Origin: Lama guanicoe
Lineage: Eukaryota
Reading direction: 5' to 3'
Assembly (NCBI GenBank): GCA_013239625.1
Contig: MU053652.1
Span: forward strand, 5,509,902 to 5,573,901
Length of the DNA: 64,000 bases
Under the pieces are notes generated by a model that was not told where the DNA came from, did no database searches, and saw only the letters and a program-made list of their open reading frames with translations. This document shows, piece by piece, positions 1-12,202 of this stretch. Each line of letters opens with the position of its first letter. The stretch's first letter is position 1. The position numbers were made by a program, and so were the translations under genes.

Positions 1-1269
1 AACTTCCTTATTTTCCATCTCAAAGGATCTCCCTTCAGTTTGAATATTGATGCAAACACCCTTAGAAATGTAACTTGACGGTGGTGAGTGCCAGCGTTTA
101 GATTACATTATAATTAGAAGGGAGGTAGAGAAGGAAGTTTATTAGCTTGTGTGTTCAATCAGAAGATTTGGCCTGACTTCATTCAATTTTCCAGATGAAT
201 CAAAAAAAAAAGGAAATTATCATAAAGTAATAACTGGTTACTTCATCTCTGATTAGATAAACATGTTAATATACTGCACGCTTGTCCTCTTTGGGTATGA
301 AATTTTAATAGTAAAGGCACCCATGAAGTTCATTATACAGTTGTCATGGAACAGCAAACAGAAGGTGGTGTGCGCAAGGTCCCCATTCAACAGCCGAGTG
401 TTTATTCGTTCCGTGGGACACATTTTACCTTATTGCTCTATTACGCTTTATTCAGGCACGATTAGCAAGTACAATGGCCTGTAAAGAAAAATTAACTTTC
501 AATAAAGATATCAGGAGTGAAGTAAAATATGGGAAGTTCCTACTCTTGCTTCTAGGATCCCTAAAATGTACCACCAAGTTCTAGTAGTAAAATTTCTTCG
601 AAATACATGATGCTCCATGGCAAGGCTTTCGTGGAAAAATGAAGTGGGAGAGGATACCCTTTCCCCCTTGCTAACTGTTTCCAAATCTGTTGAAGATTTT
701 ATGGTTCCTCCTCAAACGCCTGCCACTTCCTTCACGCACAGATGGAACACTGGACCATCTCTCCTTTAGCCGTGCAGAGTTGAGAAAACACCTTTCGCTA
801 GGGTGTCAAGTGGCCTGAGCTGTGTGTATCTACAGCTGAACTTTGCTCTCTTGCATAAGTGTAATGACCCACGACTAGAGGTCTGCAGCTATTGCTCCTT
901 CCTCAGACCCTGCTCCACATCCAGGGACACATGTTTGCGTCTTAATATCAGAGTAGGGTGGGATTCAGCCTGAGATCCAGGTAGAGGGGGCAGCAGCATT
1001 TAGATGTTAGCATCAGAGTGTGCATGCGCACCCATCCACACTCACATACACATATGCACGCTCTCCAGAGACTTCATGTTTAAAGATGGTTATGCAAATG
1101 TGGGAGAGCGATTTGGCAAATTGAGTCCTGTTTCATAGTTTTGTTGTAAAAGACGAGTCACTGTAACCCCGAGCAGAATCTATTCTTCTTGAAAATGACT
1201 CATCTATTAATGTTTGGACTTAAGGGAACATCTTAGGATGTATAACTGAAGTGCGTCATCACCTATAAT

Positions 1270-1720
1270 AGGCAATGCCACCCCTCTATTCAAAACCCTG
1301 CAACGACCCTCCAGAGTCCTCAGGGAAGCTCACAAAGCACCCCACCTGCCTGTCTTAAGGCCTTTGCTCCAGCTGCTCCCGCCTGGAATGTTCTTCCTCT
1401 GGCTCCCTCCCTCCCCTCCATCAAGTCAGCTTAAATCTCATTTTCTGAAAGAGGCCTGCCATGACTCACTTCCCCACTTCTGCTATCCTGACCCCCCTTA
1501 CACTGCCCTTACTTTTTCTTTTCTTTTCCATTTATATTTGGAACTTCTACCCTAGGGTATAATTCACTTATTTATTTATTGTTTACCATTTTGTTCCTCT
1601 TTCTAAAATTGCCACCTCTATGAGGACAGGGATCTTTCCTTTCTCTTGTCCTGAGGGACTAGAGAGAGAGCTAGGCATACAGTCGGTGCTCAGTGAATGT
1701 TGAATGCATGATTGATAAAT
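1270..1720 (+). mobile_element. LINE-2 3' fragment
   Basis: gcctggaatgttcttcct...tcagcttaaatctca...gaggacagggatc...ggtgctcagtgaatgttgaatg resembles the L2 3' end. Confidence 0.75.
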
Positions 1721-1724
1721 ACAG

Positions 1725-1880
1725 AAATTATCTTTAGTCCTTTTAACAATCTCAAACACTATGATTCCTGCTTTCTAAATAAGGAAAATGGAGCTCAGAC
1801 AGATTAAGTATCCTGTCCAAATAAAAGGCCAAGAGCCAGTGACAGGATGTGTGATGGGTCTGCCTGCCACCAAAGCCAGT
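1725..1880 (-). mobile_element. MIR SINE fragment
   Basis: aaggaaaatggagctcagacagattaagtatcctgtccaa matches the reverse MIR core. Confidence 0.6.
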
Positions 1881-1998
1881 CTGCTTCATTCAGCCCCAGC
1901 GTCACATCCTCTGAAATGGGATTATAGTGGCTAAAACCCGACTGAATTATGGTTTGTCATGATACGAAGGAGGCAAACCCACACAAACCAAGAGAAGT

Positions 1999-2092
1999 TG
2001 TGTGTGTGTGTGTGTGATTCTAGGCTTGGACATAACCTTTTATATAGTTTTAAGGTCTTGGGGGCGGAGTGGTGGTGGTGGTGGTGGTGGTG
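1999..2092. repeat. (TG)9 at 1999-2016 and (GTG)8 at 2069-2092 microsatellites
   Basis: Read directly. Confidence 0.9.
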
Positions 2093-2290
2093 AGGTCGAA
2101 GACCAGAGAGAAAGGGGATGATCCCAGAAAGCTGAATTACAGCATTCTTGAATTTACATATGAAATAAACTAACCTGGAGAAGAAGGGGAGAGGATGAGC
2201 AGATGTAGGTCAGAAAGGATCTGTAGTAAACAATGTGATGTTCCATTTGGGTTTTAGTTTTAGGTTCCTATTTGCCCAACATCTCTTAAG

Positions 2291-2460
2291 ACAGTGTCTC
2301 TCAAACTTGAATGTGCTGAGAAATTTCCTGAGGAGTATATTAAAAATGAAGATTCCCCGGAAGCACTGGTTTTGTAAATCTGTAGACCCAGAATTATGCA
2401 TTCTCAATCAGCTCTTCTGTGGTTTCAAAGCAGGTGACCCTGAGATCACGGCCAGAAATC
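2291..2460. mobile_element. hAT-Charlie MITE (MER5-like)
   Basis: cagtgtctctcaaacttgaatgtgc...aaaaatgaagattccc...cccagaattatgcattctcaa resembles MER5. Confidence 0.6.
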
Positions 2461-4569
2461 TTCTCCTAAGGTTGATAAGTGAGAAAACATGACTTTACAG
2501 AGACAGGTCCCTAAAATAGTCAATATCTCAGTTTTAATCTCTTTCCTCTAAAAAATGGAAGATCCTGTCATATTCAGACATTCAAATGGGCTTAACAGCT
2601 GCTCCCTTAAGGAGCTTTTACCATTTGACTGGTTGGTGATTGGAACCTACTGACAGGGGTGGCGACTGAAATGCACAATTCTTCTGAAAAATCCTAGTTG
2701 ACATGAAACGCAAGTGCCCTACAGCCTCTCTTGAAGAGCTCTCTATAAAGGAAATGTAACAATTATTCTCATTACTGTAAGTTTAAGTGTTAATGTCTTA
2801 AGCATCTATATCCCTTGGCTGCTCTCACAAGTTCCATGACTTACGAAGAGCCTAGAGAGACTGGGGGATTGAATCAATGCCTTGCATCGTATAGAAAAAA
2901 TCCTCCCTTTCCTTGAAACCTCTTTGCTGTCACCATGTAGTTGGGAGCTGTGCCTCAACAAAAATATGATTAAAACGTAGCCTGACCAATGAGTTTGCTA
3001 GTAGAATTTCCCTGTTTACAGCTGCATTCTGCTCAAAGTCCCACACTTGTTCTCTCATGGCAGGTTAGGGTATGGCTGGCTACCTGCTTCAGGCAGACCC
3101 TCACGGGTTGCAGTCTTAGAATTATATCACTTTAGCTCAGGGCAAGATCTTCAGTTTTTTAAAAGTCGTAACATTGAATTTGTCACTTCATGAAGCTTAA
3201 TTTGGCTTGGGGTTGAGGAAATCAAGCTGAATTCAGAGGCTGCTTTGTTAACAAGTAGGAATCCCAGTTGACCCAACTGCCCTGGAAGGGCCACTTTCCC
3301 TGTGTGGTTTGATTTAGGCTGAAGTTAATTGTTGTGTGAGCTTTCTCCAGCTTAGGAAGATTTTTGTCTAAATAAATCCTGATCATCTCTATTTAGGGCA
3401 CTCTTTCCTCTCTTTGAAGCTGAAGTAACATATATTTATTTTGATGACCTTGTTGTTTTGGGTCCCTCCACCAGTCACCCCATACTTTTATTACAACATC
3501 ACTTCTTAAAACAGGTAACAATTTATCTTATTGCTACATTTTAGCAAGTTATTTTCTGATCTCTGATTTTATCAGCAAACTCTGTCTAAATCAATCATGG
3601 TAACAATAACAACATATGATTTCATAAGAGACTTCATCTCAAGGCTGATTCTGAGGATCAGGGTGGGCTGTGACTTATCTAAGGTCACCTAGCCTGTTCG
3701 TGGTAGAACCTAGACCAGAGCCCAGTCGTCTGACTCCTAGTTATGGACACTTCTCTTCAATCCACACAGCCACATGCTCCTGCGGCTAACCAGAGATATG
3801 GGACAGCTTACAGCTGTAGAATTGAGTTCAACTAACTAGCTCACCTTGGAAGAGAACCTACCATCGTGATCTCTTTAACACAGCATTCTAACCAACTTAA
3901 CCAGTCTATGTGGGTTATCCCAGATTACCAGGTCATTGTAACTATTAAAGGGATAAGGGAATAATATTTGCTCTGTGTAGACCTCAGTCTAATTACTACA
4001 GCTAGATAAATTTGTCTCAGATTTGTCAAAAGTTTTCATTGCCCCCATTTTCTTGAAATTTTCATGTATTGGTAATTAGCTTGGGTTTTGAAGCTATTTC
4101 TCCCTTCAGTCTTAGTAAAGCATTTGCCCCCTTTGATGCCATATTTCTAGTGTAGGTATAGAATTTCCCTTCAAACAGAAAGAGAATCATTAAAATTTTT
4201 TTTAATTGGTAAGAAAAAAACTGTAAAGTGGCTTTTCATGGGCCTATAATTTGAAAATAATTGAATTTTTCAAAAAAGGTTTTTCTCCATATTTCCTAGT
4301 CCAGAAGAATCCATAATATAGATACATAATAAATATGGTGGAACGAATGAGTAAATATTTACTTTTGTCGTCAAATGAACTATATGAAGTTATATTTATA
4401 TCACTTGTCACTCCTCTGATATACCTGGATGAAAGTAGCAAGACCCTCACAGAGAGGCGAGACATCAAAAGGATGAGCCAAGTGGCTGGTTGTATTGTGA
4501 AGCCTGAGAACCAGGTGTTCTAGCTCCTAAATCACCTGATGTTTCCCTAATGCTGTGTCATGAAGATCT

Positions 4570-4880
4570 TTGATGATTTTTATGAAAAGAAAATCATAAC
4601 TCTCACCCAAATATAAAATGAACATCTGTCAAAGATTTTATTTAACTCATTAATTAATGAGGGAACCAGTAAGAGGTTAAAACTGGTTCACTCAACACTT
4701 GAGTGGCTATGCATTTATAGGCAATACTAAGATAAGAGTGAGGGGAGAGATACAGAACTGGTTAATATCCAACAGAGCCATAAACTGTAACCTCTCTGGT
4801 TATCTATTCCACCAAAAAAAAATTCTGCAAGTTAACCTCTGTTCTGCAGAGTTATAAACTGGCCCAGACAATAAAAAGCC
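4570..4880. mobile_element. Possible ancient interspersed repeat, family unassigned
   Basis: aaagattttatttaactcattaattaatgagggaaccagtaag recalls an LTR-type repeat. Termini are not resolved. Confidence 0.3.
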
Positions 4881-5179
4881 CAGCCCAACCCTGCAGTGAA
4901 AGGGTTCCCAGGAATCTCTTTTTGCCTATTTCCAAATTTTAGATAATCTTCTGACACCCTGGTGCATTAAGGTTTTCTTATCATCACCAGTTTCCTGCTG
5001 CCCAGCCTGCTTCTTGCACTAATCCTTTATTCCTCCTTTTCTTTCTCCTTTTCTGTCTCCAATATGTGTATTTCCTTCTAATTGAAACTCTACCAGAGTT
5101 TTGTCTTGAAAGTGAGTTGTGGCATTTAATCTGTGATTTCCCTTCTAGACCACTGAAACTCTCATCTTTTCTTTCTTCC

Positions 5180-5225
5180 ATCTATCATCCATTCATCCAC
5201 CCATCCATCCATCCATCCATCCATG
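5180..5225. repeat. (CATC)n tetranucleotide repeat
   Basis: catccattcatccacccatccatccatccatccatccat. Confidence 0.85.
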
Positions 5226-6889
5226 TTTCTGTCTCATTTTTAGTCATTTCTCCTCACATTTATTCAGTAAGAATCTGTCGAACTCTGACTACAGGTAAGG
5301 CATAGGTTAGAAGCTGTGGAAAATAAGATATCATATCTATGTCTTCTTTGAATTCAAGTTTATTAACTGGCTGGTGAGAGAATCCATCCATGAAAATTAT
5401 AAGAGTTATTTTGTTTACCAAAACTAAAATAATAATATTTCGATCAAAGCTTTTTTCCAAGTGCCTACCTGGTTATCCAAGACTTTAAGCAGCCTTCTAT
5501 ATGAACTATTATCAATAGAAACAGTTCAGCAGTGCTCTAATGAAAATAGTTTGATTTGGAAATCTTTAATTTTGCCCATTGAGCTAATTGTCAATTCAAT
5601 TCAACGTAAAGTTAGCGAGTCTATTAAGCCCCGGGAACTGGATGGGCCTGGGGCATACATCTGCACAGAACTTTGCTAAAAGGCAAATGGAAGATGTATG
5701 TTTTATAGTCATTTCAATATTAGTGTAAGGGTTTTCAGTCTTTTCCTGAGAGTAGATTTTGATTGAGACAGAGAATGTGAGTGCATTTCAGTAACCAAGA
5801 ATTGAAAAGGATTCCCCTTGAAACAAGAGAGTGAAGGAAACGGATAACAGAATTTCATTCACTCTTAAGAATGTGTGGGAGAGTTGAGGGAGCTAGTTAT
5901 AAGTTGTGTTTTGGAGAGATGAGGATTGATTAGGAATTTGTTGGTTGGTTAAGAAGACAGAGAAAGGAATAGAAGGGAGGGAAGGACATTACAGAAAGTC
6001 CACCATAGCTTGCCATAGCTATCTGGACCCTGACTGTGGAAAGAAACCAGTTCTAGAAACACAAAGGGTCTCACCATCTTAATACAAATAGGCACTAGCC
6101 TAAACACGCCACAGAGGTTGCAAAGTGGATCACTTAAGAGCCATCCTTGAGAAGCCAGGTGGCTTAATCCTAGCTGAGGGCAAACTCTGTGAAATCATTT
6201 CCTTGCCTACCTGATTAACATACAGCTGCTTTCAGCACAGACTTACTTGGTTTGACACAGTTTAGTGATCTGAATAGTCCTCATTAACGAAGAAAAAGCC
6301 TGCATATGCTAAGCATTAAGAGTTTCCATCATTGTCCCTCTGTTAAAAGGTTCATAATTTTGCTCCTGAAGGAAAGGGTGTGGTGGACTGGGAGTGGGAA
6401 GGCTGGCGACGACTAAGATCAGGTTCACTTGGAGAGATGAGTGTTAGCAATCTTTGCCATTGTGTTGGCATTGCCCAGAATTAATCCCATTCTCAGGGAG
6501 GGGTCTAAATTGTTATAGACACCGTACCTTTTCTTCATATGTTTTGAAAATAAGATTGAATATAGAAAGCTGTAGCTTGAGAGTAGGTAATGCTTAATTC
6601 ATGCTTTTGGGAAATGTAAATAAATTGCAATATTCACTTTCTTTATTTATCTCCTTCATTTGAATGTACTTCCTTTGAGTGAGGTTAAGACATTGTCAGG
6701 TAAATTTAAATACCCAGTAAGTGTTAGAGCACAATTTAGTCTAAAACATATTATTACCTTAATTTGAAAAGTACATTGAATTGACTAATCTACAAACACA
6801 GGGAGAAAAATCTGTAATACTGTAAATATATATACTTTATATACATATCTAAAAATGTAAAACTAAACATTTCTCATACAAGTTCTGTG

Positions 6890-7070
6890 ATGGTGGATCA
6901 AGGACTGGACCAGAGTCAGTAGGCCAGTGTCTACTCCCATCTCTTCCTGCAACTCCCCAGGGACTTTGGGCAAGTCCCTGCCCTTCTGTGGACATCAGTT
7001 TCCTCACCATGATTTGAAGGATTTGGACAAGATCATCTCAGCAGTTTTTTCCAGCTCAGTGATTCTAGAG
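6890..7070 (+). mobile_element. MIR SINE fragment
   Basis: gactttggggcaagtccctgcccttctgtggacatcagtttcctcac matches the MIR core. Confidence 0.65.
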
Positions 7071-9120
7071 ATGGGCAAAACTTGAGTTCCTTAGAAACAA
7101 TGCTCCTGGTTTGGGGGTGACTTTAATTTTGTTCTTTCTTTCTGAAGCAAACTTCTGGCTTCCCTGTCTGCCTTATCCACCTCTGTCTTTCCTCTTTTTG
7201 TTTTCTTTCTCCTTTGTCTCCTCTCAAAGCCCAAGTAAGAGTGGTGGTCTTCACCGATAGAGGAAAGACTCAAATTTCCTCCCCCAGCAAGGAAATTATG
7301 AACTTTCGCAAAAGAAAATCTTTGACCTTACATGCTTAATTTTAGCTTCAGAGATGAAGGTGTGAGAAGGTATTTGTCTGAAAACAGTCCCTCAGAATGA
7401 GCCACTCTGGCAAGATGGCCGGTCTTGACAGATGGTAAGATGGTGGCCTTTACATGCTTCTGGTTGGACACAGTGCTGTTCTGAAGACATGGTAGTACTG
7501 TCTGTCACATGGTAGCATTGTCTGTCTATTTCTTAGAGAGTTGACAAAATCCTCACCTGATTAGTTTGAACTTGAGCACAGTGAACTATCCAAATCTCCT
7601 TATGGGAGGACACTGGATGTGACTGAAATGTTTATTGACTTGAACAGATGCCTTGGCCTTGCCTGGTGTGGGGACTGGTGAGGCCCCTCCTCGCTGGTGG
7701 CAGCTCAAGCACCGTCCAGTGATCCCCGAGTATTTCCGGGAGTTCTCTTAATCAAGGCACTGCTGTGACACAGTCCTCCTTAAACTGTGGCAGTGACAGG
7801 ATCACACCTCAGAGTGCAGCAGTTGGAAGACCTACACATGCTGCTAAAATAGTACCAGAATTGAGGTGAAAGGATTTAATTTTAGGCTTTGGAGCACTAG
7901 GCTTTTTTTTTCCTCTCTCTCAAAGTCTTTTTTCTTATCATCCTTTTAAAATTTTTTTCCCCATTGCTGCCAATAAAACTCCTTACTGTCCCTTGTCAGG
8001 ATGTAGCAATATATTTGCAATATAGATTACCGAAACCAGTTTAACATAAGTCTCTCTTTGCATTGACTTTACATTGTAAGAAATCCTCAATCTCCAGGTC
8101 ATATGCAGAGATTTTTAATTCAGTTCAGATTGCTAGGTCATGCTTATTTCCAATTGGAAACCTTGGACTTAAAAAAAAATTACCCTTTCATCAAGGAAGA
8201 ATTTACTAACAAGTGTGCTATTTTATAGCCAAAGACAACATATACAAACTCGATCCAACCATTATAGTTCAAAGTAGAGACATGAAAACTTTTTTTTTTT
8301 TTAGTCAAGGGTTAGAGAAGGGAAAAAAATTCTACTGAGGGCCACACAAATTAAAAACATTAAAACATAGGGATTTTTAAACAAATAATGATCTCAATAT
8401 TTTTAGCATAGAACAGGAAACAGGAAATTCAATTTAGTAAGTATAACATATAATAAATAGTCTTCTGTAATAAGTTCATTTAAGGAGCAAGGACTGAAAG
8501 AGAGGGAAAAAGAAAGATGGGAAGGAAAGAAAGTGGACAGAGAAAGGGTAGGGTTAGGAGACTCAGGGTGGAAGGCAGGGGCAGGAAAGGAGAGAGAAGT
8601 GAGCAGGTCCAGGAGACGTGGGGCTTTTCATGGGGCACTTAAACACCCCTCCCAGTTCTGAGCAACCATTAACATGTCCCTGGGGAAAGATAACTCCTTC
8701 ACCATCTCTTGTTTAAGTTCTCACTTTTCACATCCCCTTATCTGGACCTGGCCCCTCCCACCGGCTACCGTTCTGGGCATGGCTCCCTCCTTTGGCTTCC
8801 CAGGCCCACCGTTCCCCACAGCTGTGGGGCCACCCTCCCGCCTGCAGTCCGGAGTGTTCCCACCTGCACACTTGCCTCTACCAACACTTACTTTCCCACT
8901 CGGAAAACTGCACCCACAGCTTGCTTCTGGACATCCTCTTGGACTCTACTTCTCTATCTCAGAAAAGTGAGCTGGTAATTCCTCCCTCACTTCCAATTTA
9001 AGGCAATAAATCCCCAGATGGCTAGACTCTTTCCCAGAACCTGAATTTTCCCTCCTTTTCTCCTTTCTTCCTTCCTTCTTTGATTCTTTTTCTGCTTCTC
9101 TTCCTCTCTTCTCTCAGCTT

Positions 9121-9282
9121 GAAACACTTTGATTGCAGCTTTGTGAGACTATCTGAGCTGGAGACTTAGGTAAGCCAGGCCTGGATTCCTGACCAATAGC
9201 AACTGTGAGATAACAAACGTGTGCTGTTTCAAGCTGCTAAGTTTGGGGGTAATTCGTTACACAGCAGTAAATACCTAATACA
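9121..9282 (+). mobile_element. MaLR (MLT1-type) LTR 3' fragment
   Basis: aactgtgagataacaaacgtgtgctgtttcaagctgctaagtttgggggtaattcgttacacagcagtaaatacctaataca is a typical MLT1 3' terminus. Confidence 0.8.
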
Positions 9283-10684
9283 CTGCCTTCTAGGTGAACT
9301 CTTCCTTTCATGGCCTTTTTGGTATCTCAGTATACCTAGGTGGGGCTCATAATTTGCTTACTACAAGTCACATTCTGCATGTAGAAAACAATATTTTAGT
9401 AAGATTCTTTTGAGATGCCTGGGAAGGGAAAGCTGTGTTTCCTACAAGCCCTAGAACATAATCATTATTCCCTCTCTACCCATCCTTCCTAGACCAGCTT
9501 GGTCCTATCTTCTCAAAACCTTCCCAAATTGCTAGAACACCCTACTCTGACCTGTAGAATTCAGTTGTTTGTTGGTTGTTTTCCCTATATTATTACACGT
9601 CTGTCAGGCTAGATTTTATTGTTTTATGATGGAGCAGCTGTGATTTCATTTAGTTCCCTGGACCAAGTAGGTAATCATGAGTTACTTGATTATTAACCTT
9701 GGAAAGAATCAAATAGTTTCTCTGGACTCGTTATTGAGTTCATGCTCATCTGTATACTTTTGTTTGCTTATTCATACCTGGTCAGTTAGCCAAAACGTCC
9801 TCTCACTGAAAGTCATGAAACTGTTGCTCATTTCTAATGTCACGATTATCACAAGAAGTTTTTGTTACGAATTTAAACCCATATGAAATGTAATACAAAC
9901 TGTTTCCTGGACGATAGTAACTGGTACCTAACATTTATGTTCTTTCTAGTTGCCAAAAATCGTTTTAAGTGTTTTTCTTATAAGAATGCAGGTTTCTGAG
10001 ATTCAGACAAAAAATCTAATGAATAATTGAAGAATAAGGTTCAAATAATTTTAAACCCAAAGAGTTGGAATATATGAATCAAATCATATTAGGGATTGAG
10101 TTCTATCCAGCAATTTTTATAAAGTGACTTAAAAAAATATGATATGTTTTAACCTTACTTTAGTGTCACTTTTAGCCTTGGAGGGAGCTAACTTGCATGT
10201 GTGAAGGGTGGTGATGGTGGTGGCAGAGGGGGTGTGCTATTTCATTCTTTCTCAGGTTAACATTCAAGTGACTGATGCTTACTTACTATATTCCCAAGTA
10301 CTCAAATGAAGTCTACTACTGTACCATAAGACAATACAGTCCAGCCTGACAGATGTGCACTCAGAGAGAAAGTAGAAGAATATAAACACCAGTGGCTGAA
10401 TTGCGCCTGTGATGTTGGATGCTCTCTCTAGATGTTTGGTAAGATTTTGGGGAACGCTAGGACTGGTCTGGGAAGAGTAGGTAGAGAGGAAACAGTGGGT
10501 GCATTTCAGTGCTGGGAAACAGAATTTCCCTTCCCAAGTAGTTCAAAAGAATAATTTTTTTTTGATGCTTGTAGGAGGTTTTAGAAGAAAAATTGAAAAG
10601 CAATTTCTCTCTCATTAGCATGGTTGTTTGGCTTGAAGATGTCTCTGTTTCCAGGGAGTAGGGATGGATGTTACTGTGTCTACT

Positions 10685-11088
10685 TGTTGGCTCGCAATTT
10701 TGGGAGTCCCCTGGGTGAGATCTTAAACCAGCCCCTGTACACGGAGGGCAGGAGTGACCGAAGGAAGAGGCAGGCCACTCCAGATTGGCAGGTGGAAGGT
10801 TTAATAAGCAAGGGAATATGCAAGGCTGCAAGATGAGTGAATCTCGGCAACTGCTCAGCACAATCTTGAAAGTGTATATGGAGGCCTGAACTGGGTTCAG
10901 TTACATGTTCAGTCCAATGGGCTTAAAGCACCTTACTCTCTCATGGCCGCGTCCTTGAAATGGTTGCTAGCATGGGACTAGTAGGCAGATGCACATTCCA
11001 AGGACTGGGGGCGGGAAGAGGGACCTCTGATTGCCCGGGTTCAGCTTGTGGGTCAACGGCGGTCACGTCCTCCTGACCTCCTCCAACA
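10685..11088 (-). mobile_element. Solo LTR, probably ERVL class (404 bp)
   Basis: Inverted termini TGTTGG...CCAACA; 5-bp TSD ctact (10680-84) / ccact (11089-93) with 1 mismatch; minus-strand ATTAAA at 10800-10805. Confidence 0.65.
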
Positions 11089-11099
11089 CCACTTTATTA

Positions 11100-11444
11100 C
11101 AGTAACAACTAAGTGTGTAACAATTCAATCCTCAAATTTCAGTAATAACACATGACAGTTTCTCACTCACCTAACGATTCAGTGTGGATGTTCTGGTAGG
11201 CAGGCAGCATTCCTCAGCTTGGCAGTTCGAGGACCCAGGGTCCTTCCATCTTGAGCTGCCAATCCCAGACCATGGAGAATTCTGCTTCCAGCCAGAAGAA
11301 GGGGAAAGAGAAGGTGAGGAAACATCTGTTTCTTAATTTCCTTGGCCCAGAATTGACCTGCCTCACTCCTGTTTGTTCTACAAGAAGTAGCTACACTACC
11401 CCACCTAGATCTTAGATGCAAGGAAGGCAGTGAAATGCAGGCCC
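11100..11444 (-). mobile_element. Old MaLR (MLT1-type) LTR fragment
   Basis: tgtaacaattcaatcctcaaatttcagt...gacccagggtccttccatctt...ggcccagaattgac...gcaaggaaggcagtgaaatgcagg resembles reverse-oriented MLT1. Confidence 0.55.
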
Positions 11445-11585
11445 TGTGTGTGTGTGTGTGTGTGTCTGTCTGTGTGTGTATGTCTGTGTATGTCTGTGTA
11501 TGTGTGTGTGTGTGTGTACGTCTGTGTGTATGTGTGTGTATATCTCTGTGTGTGTGTCTGTGTGTCTGTGTGTGTCTTTGTGTGC
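11445..11585. repeat. Compound (TG)n microsatellite, ~140 bp, with TC/TA interruptions
   Basis: Read directly. Confidence 0.95.
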
Positions 11586-12079
11586 CCCTTTCCAGTGACA
11601 GCTCCGCACTACCAATAAGGGAGCATGAATCCTGACCAGACAGGCATCTGTCTTTGCCACCCCCGGATTACAGGTAAGAAATTGAGGGGCAGAAATGTTA
11701 AATGTCCAAGATGATATGATTGTTAATGGCAACGTTAGGGCTGGAACTCAAGTCTTTTTTCCCCCCTCAGAAAACACTGGATGGAATTTCCTCAGTTTAA
11801 GAAGAGATGGAAAAGCAAGAACAAGGCACTTCTGTGGGCAGAGACATGAGCAGCACTGGGGGCCCCCCTCCCTGGACTCCTGATTTCTAAGGTCTGCCTC
11901 CTTAGGCTTTGAAAGTAAGTCTTTATATATTTAAATGCACTGCCTGCTGATTGCCTGTGAGGAAAATGATTTCCTGAAAGCAGCGGGTTTCCCATTTCAG
12001 TAAAAGTCATCAGAATCCCATTGCCTGGAATGTTTGCAAGACATACAGATCCCCAGGCCCCGCAGGGGCAGCCGGCTTG

Positions 12080-12202
12080 CTAACGCACCTTTTCTTGGCT
12101 CCCTTCCCCACTCGACTGGGCCTTCCTTCACCCCTTAAGTAAGCTACCTGCCCTTGAATCCTTGTCTCAGGCGGTGCTTCTGGGGGAACCCAGATGAAGT
12201 CA
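12080..12202 (+). mobile_element. ERVL LTR 3' fragment (LTR16/LTR33-like)
   Basis: aatccttgtctcaggcggtgcttctgggggaacccagatgaagtca resembles the 3' end of that group. Confidence 0.55.

Noticed and set aside
11412..11732. His/Thr- and Val/Cys-rich ORFs
   Set aside because: These are translations of the TG microsatellite.
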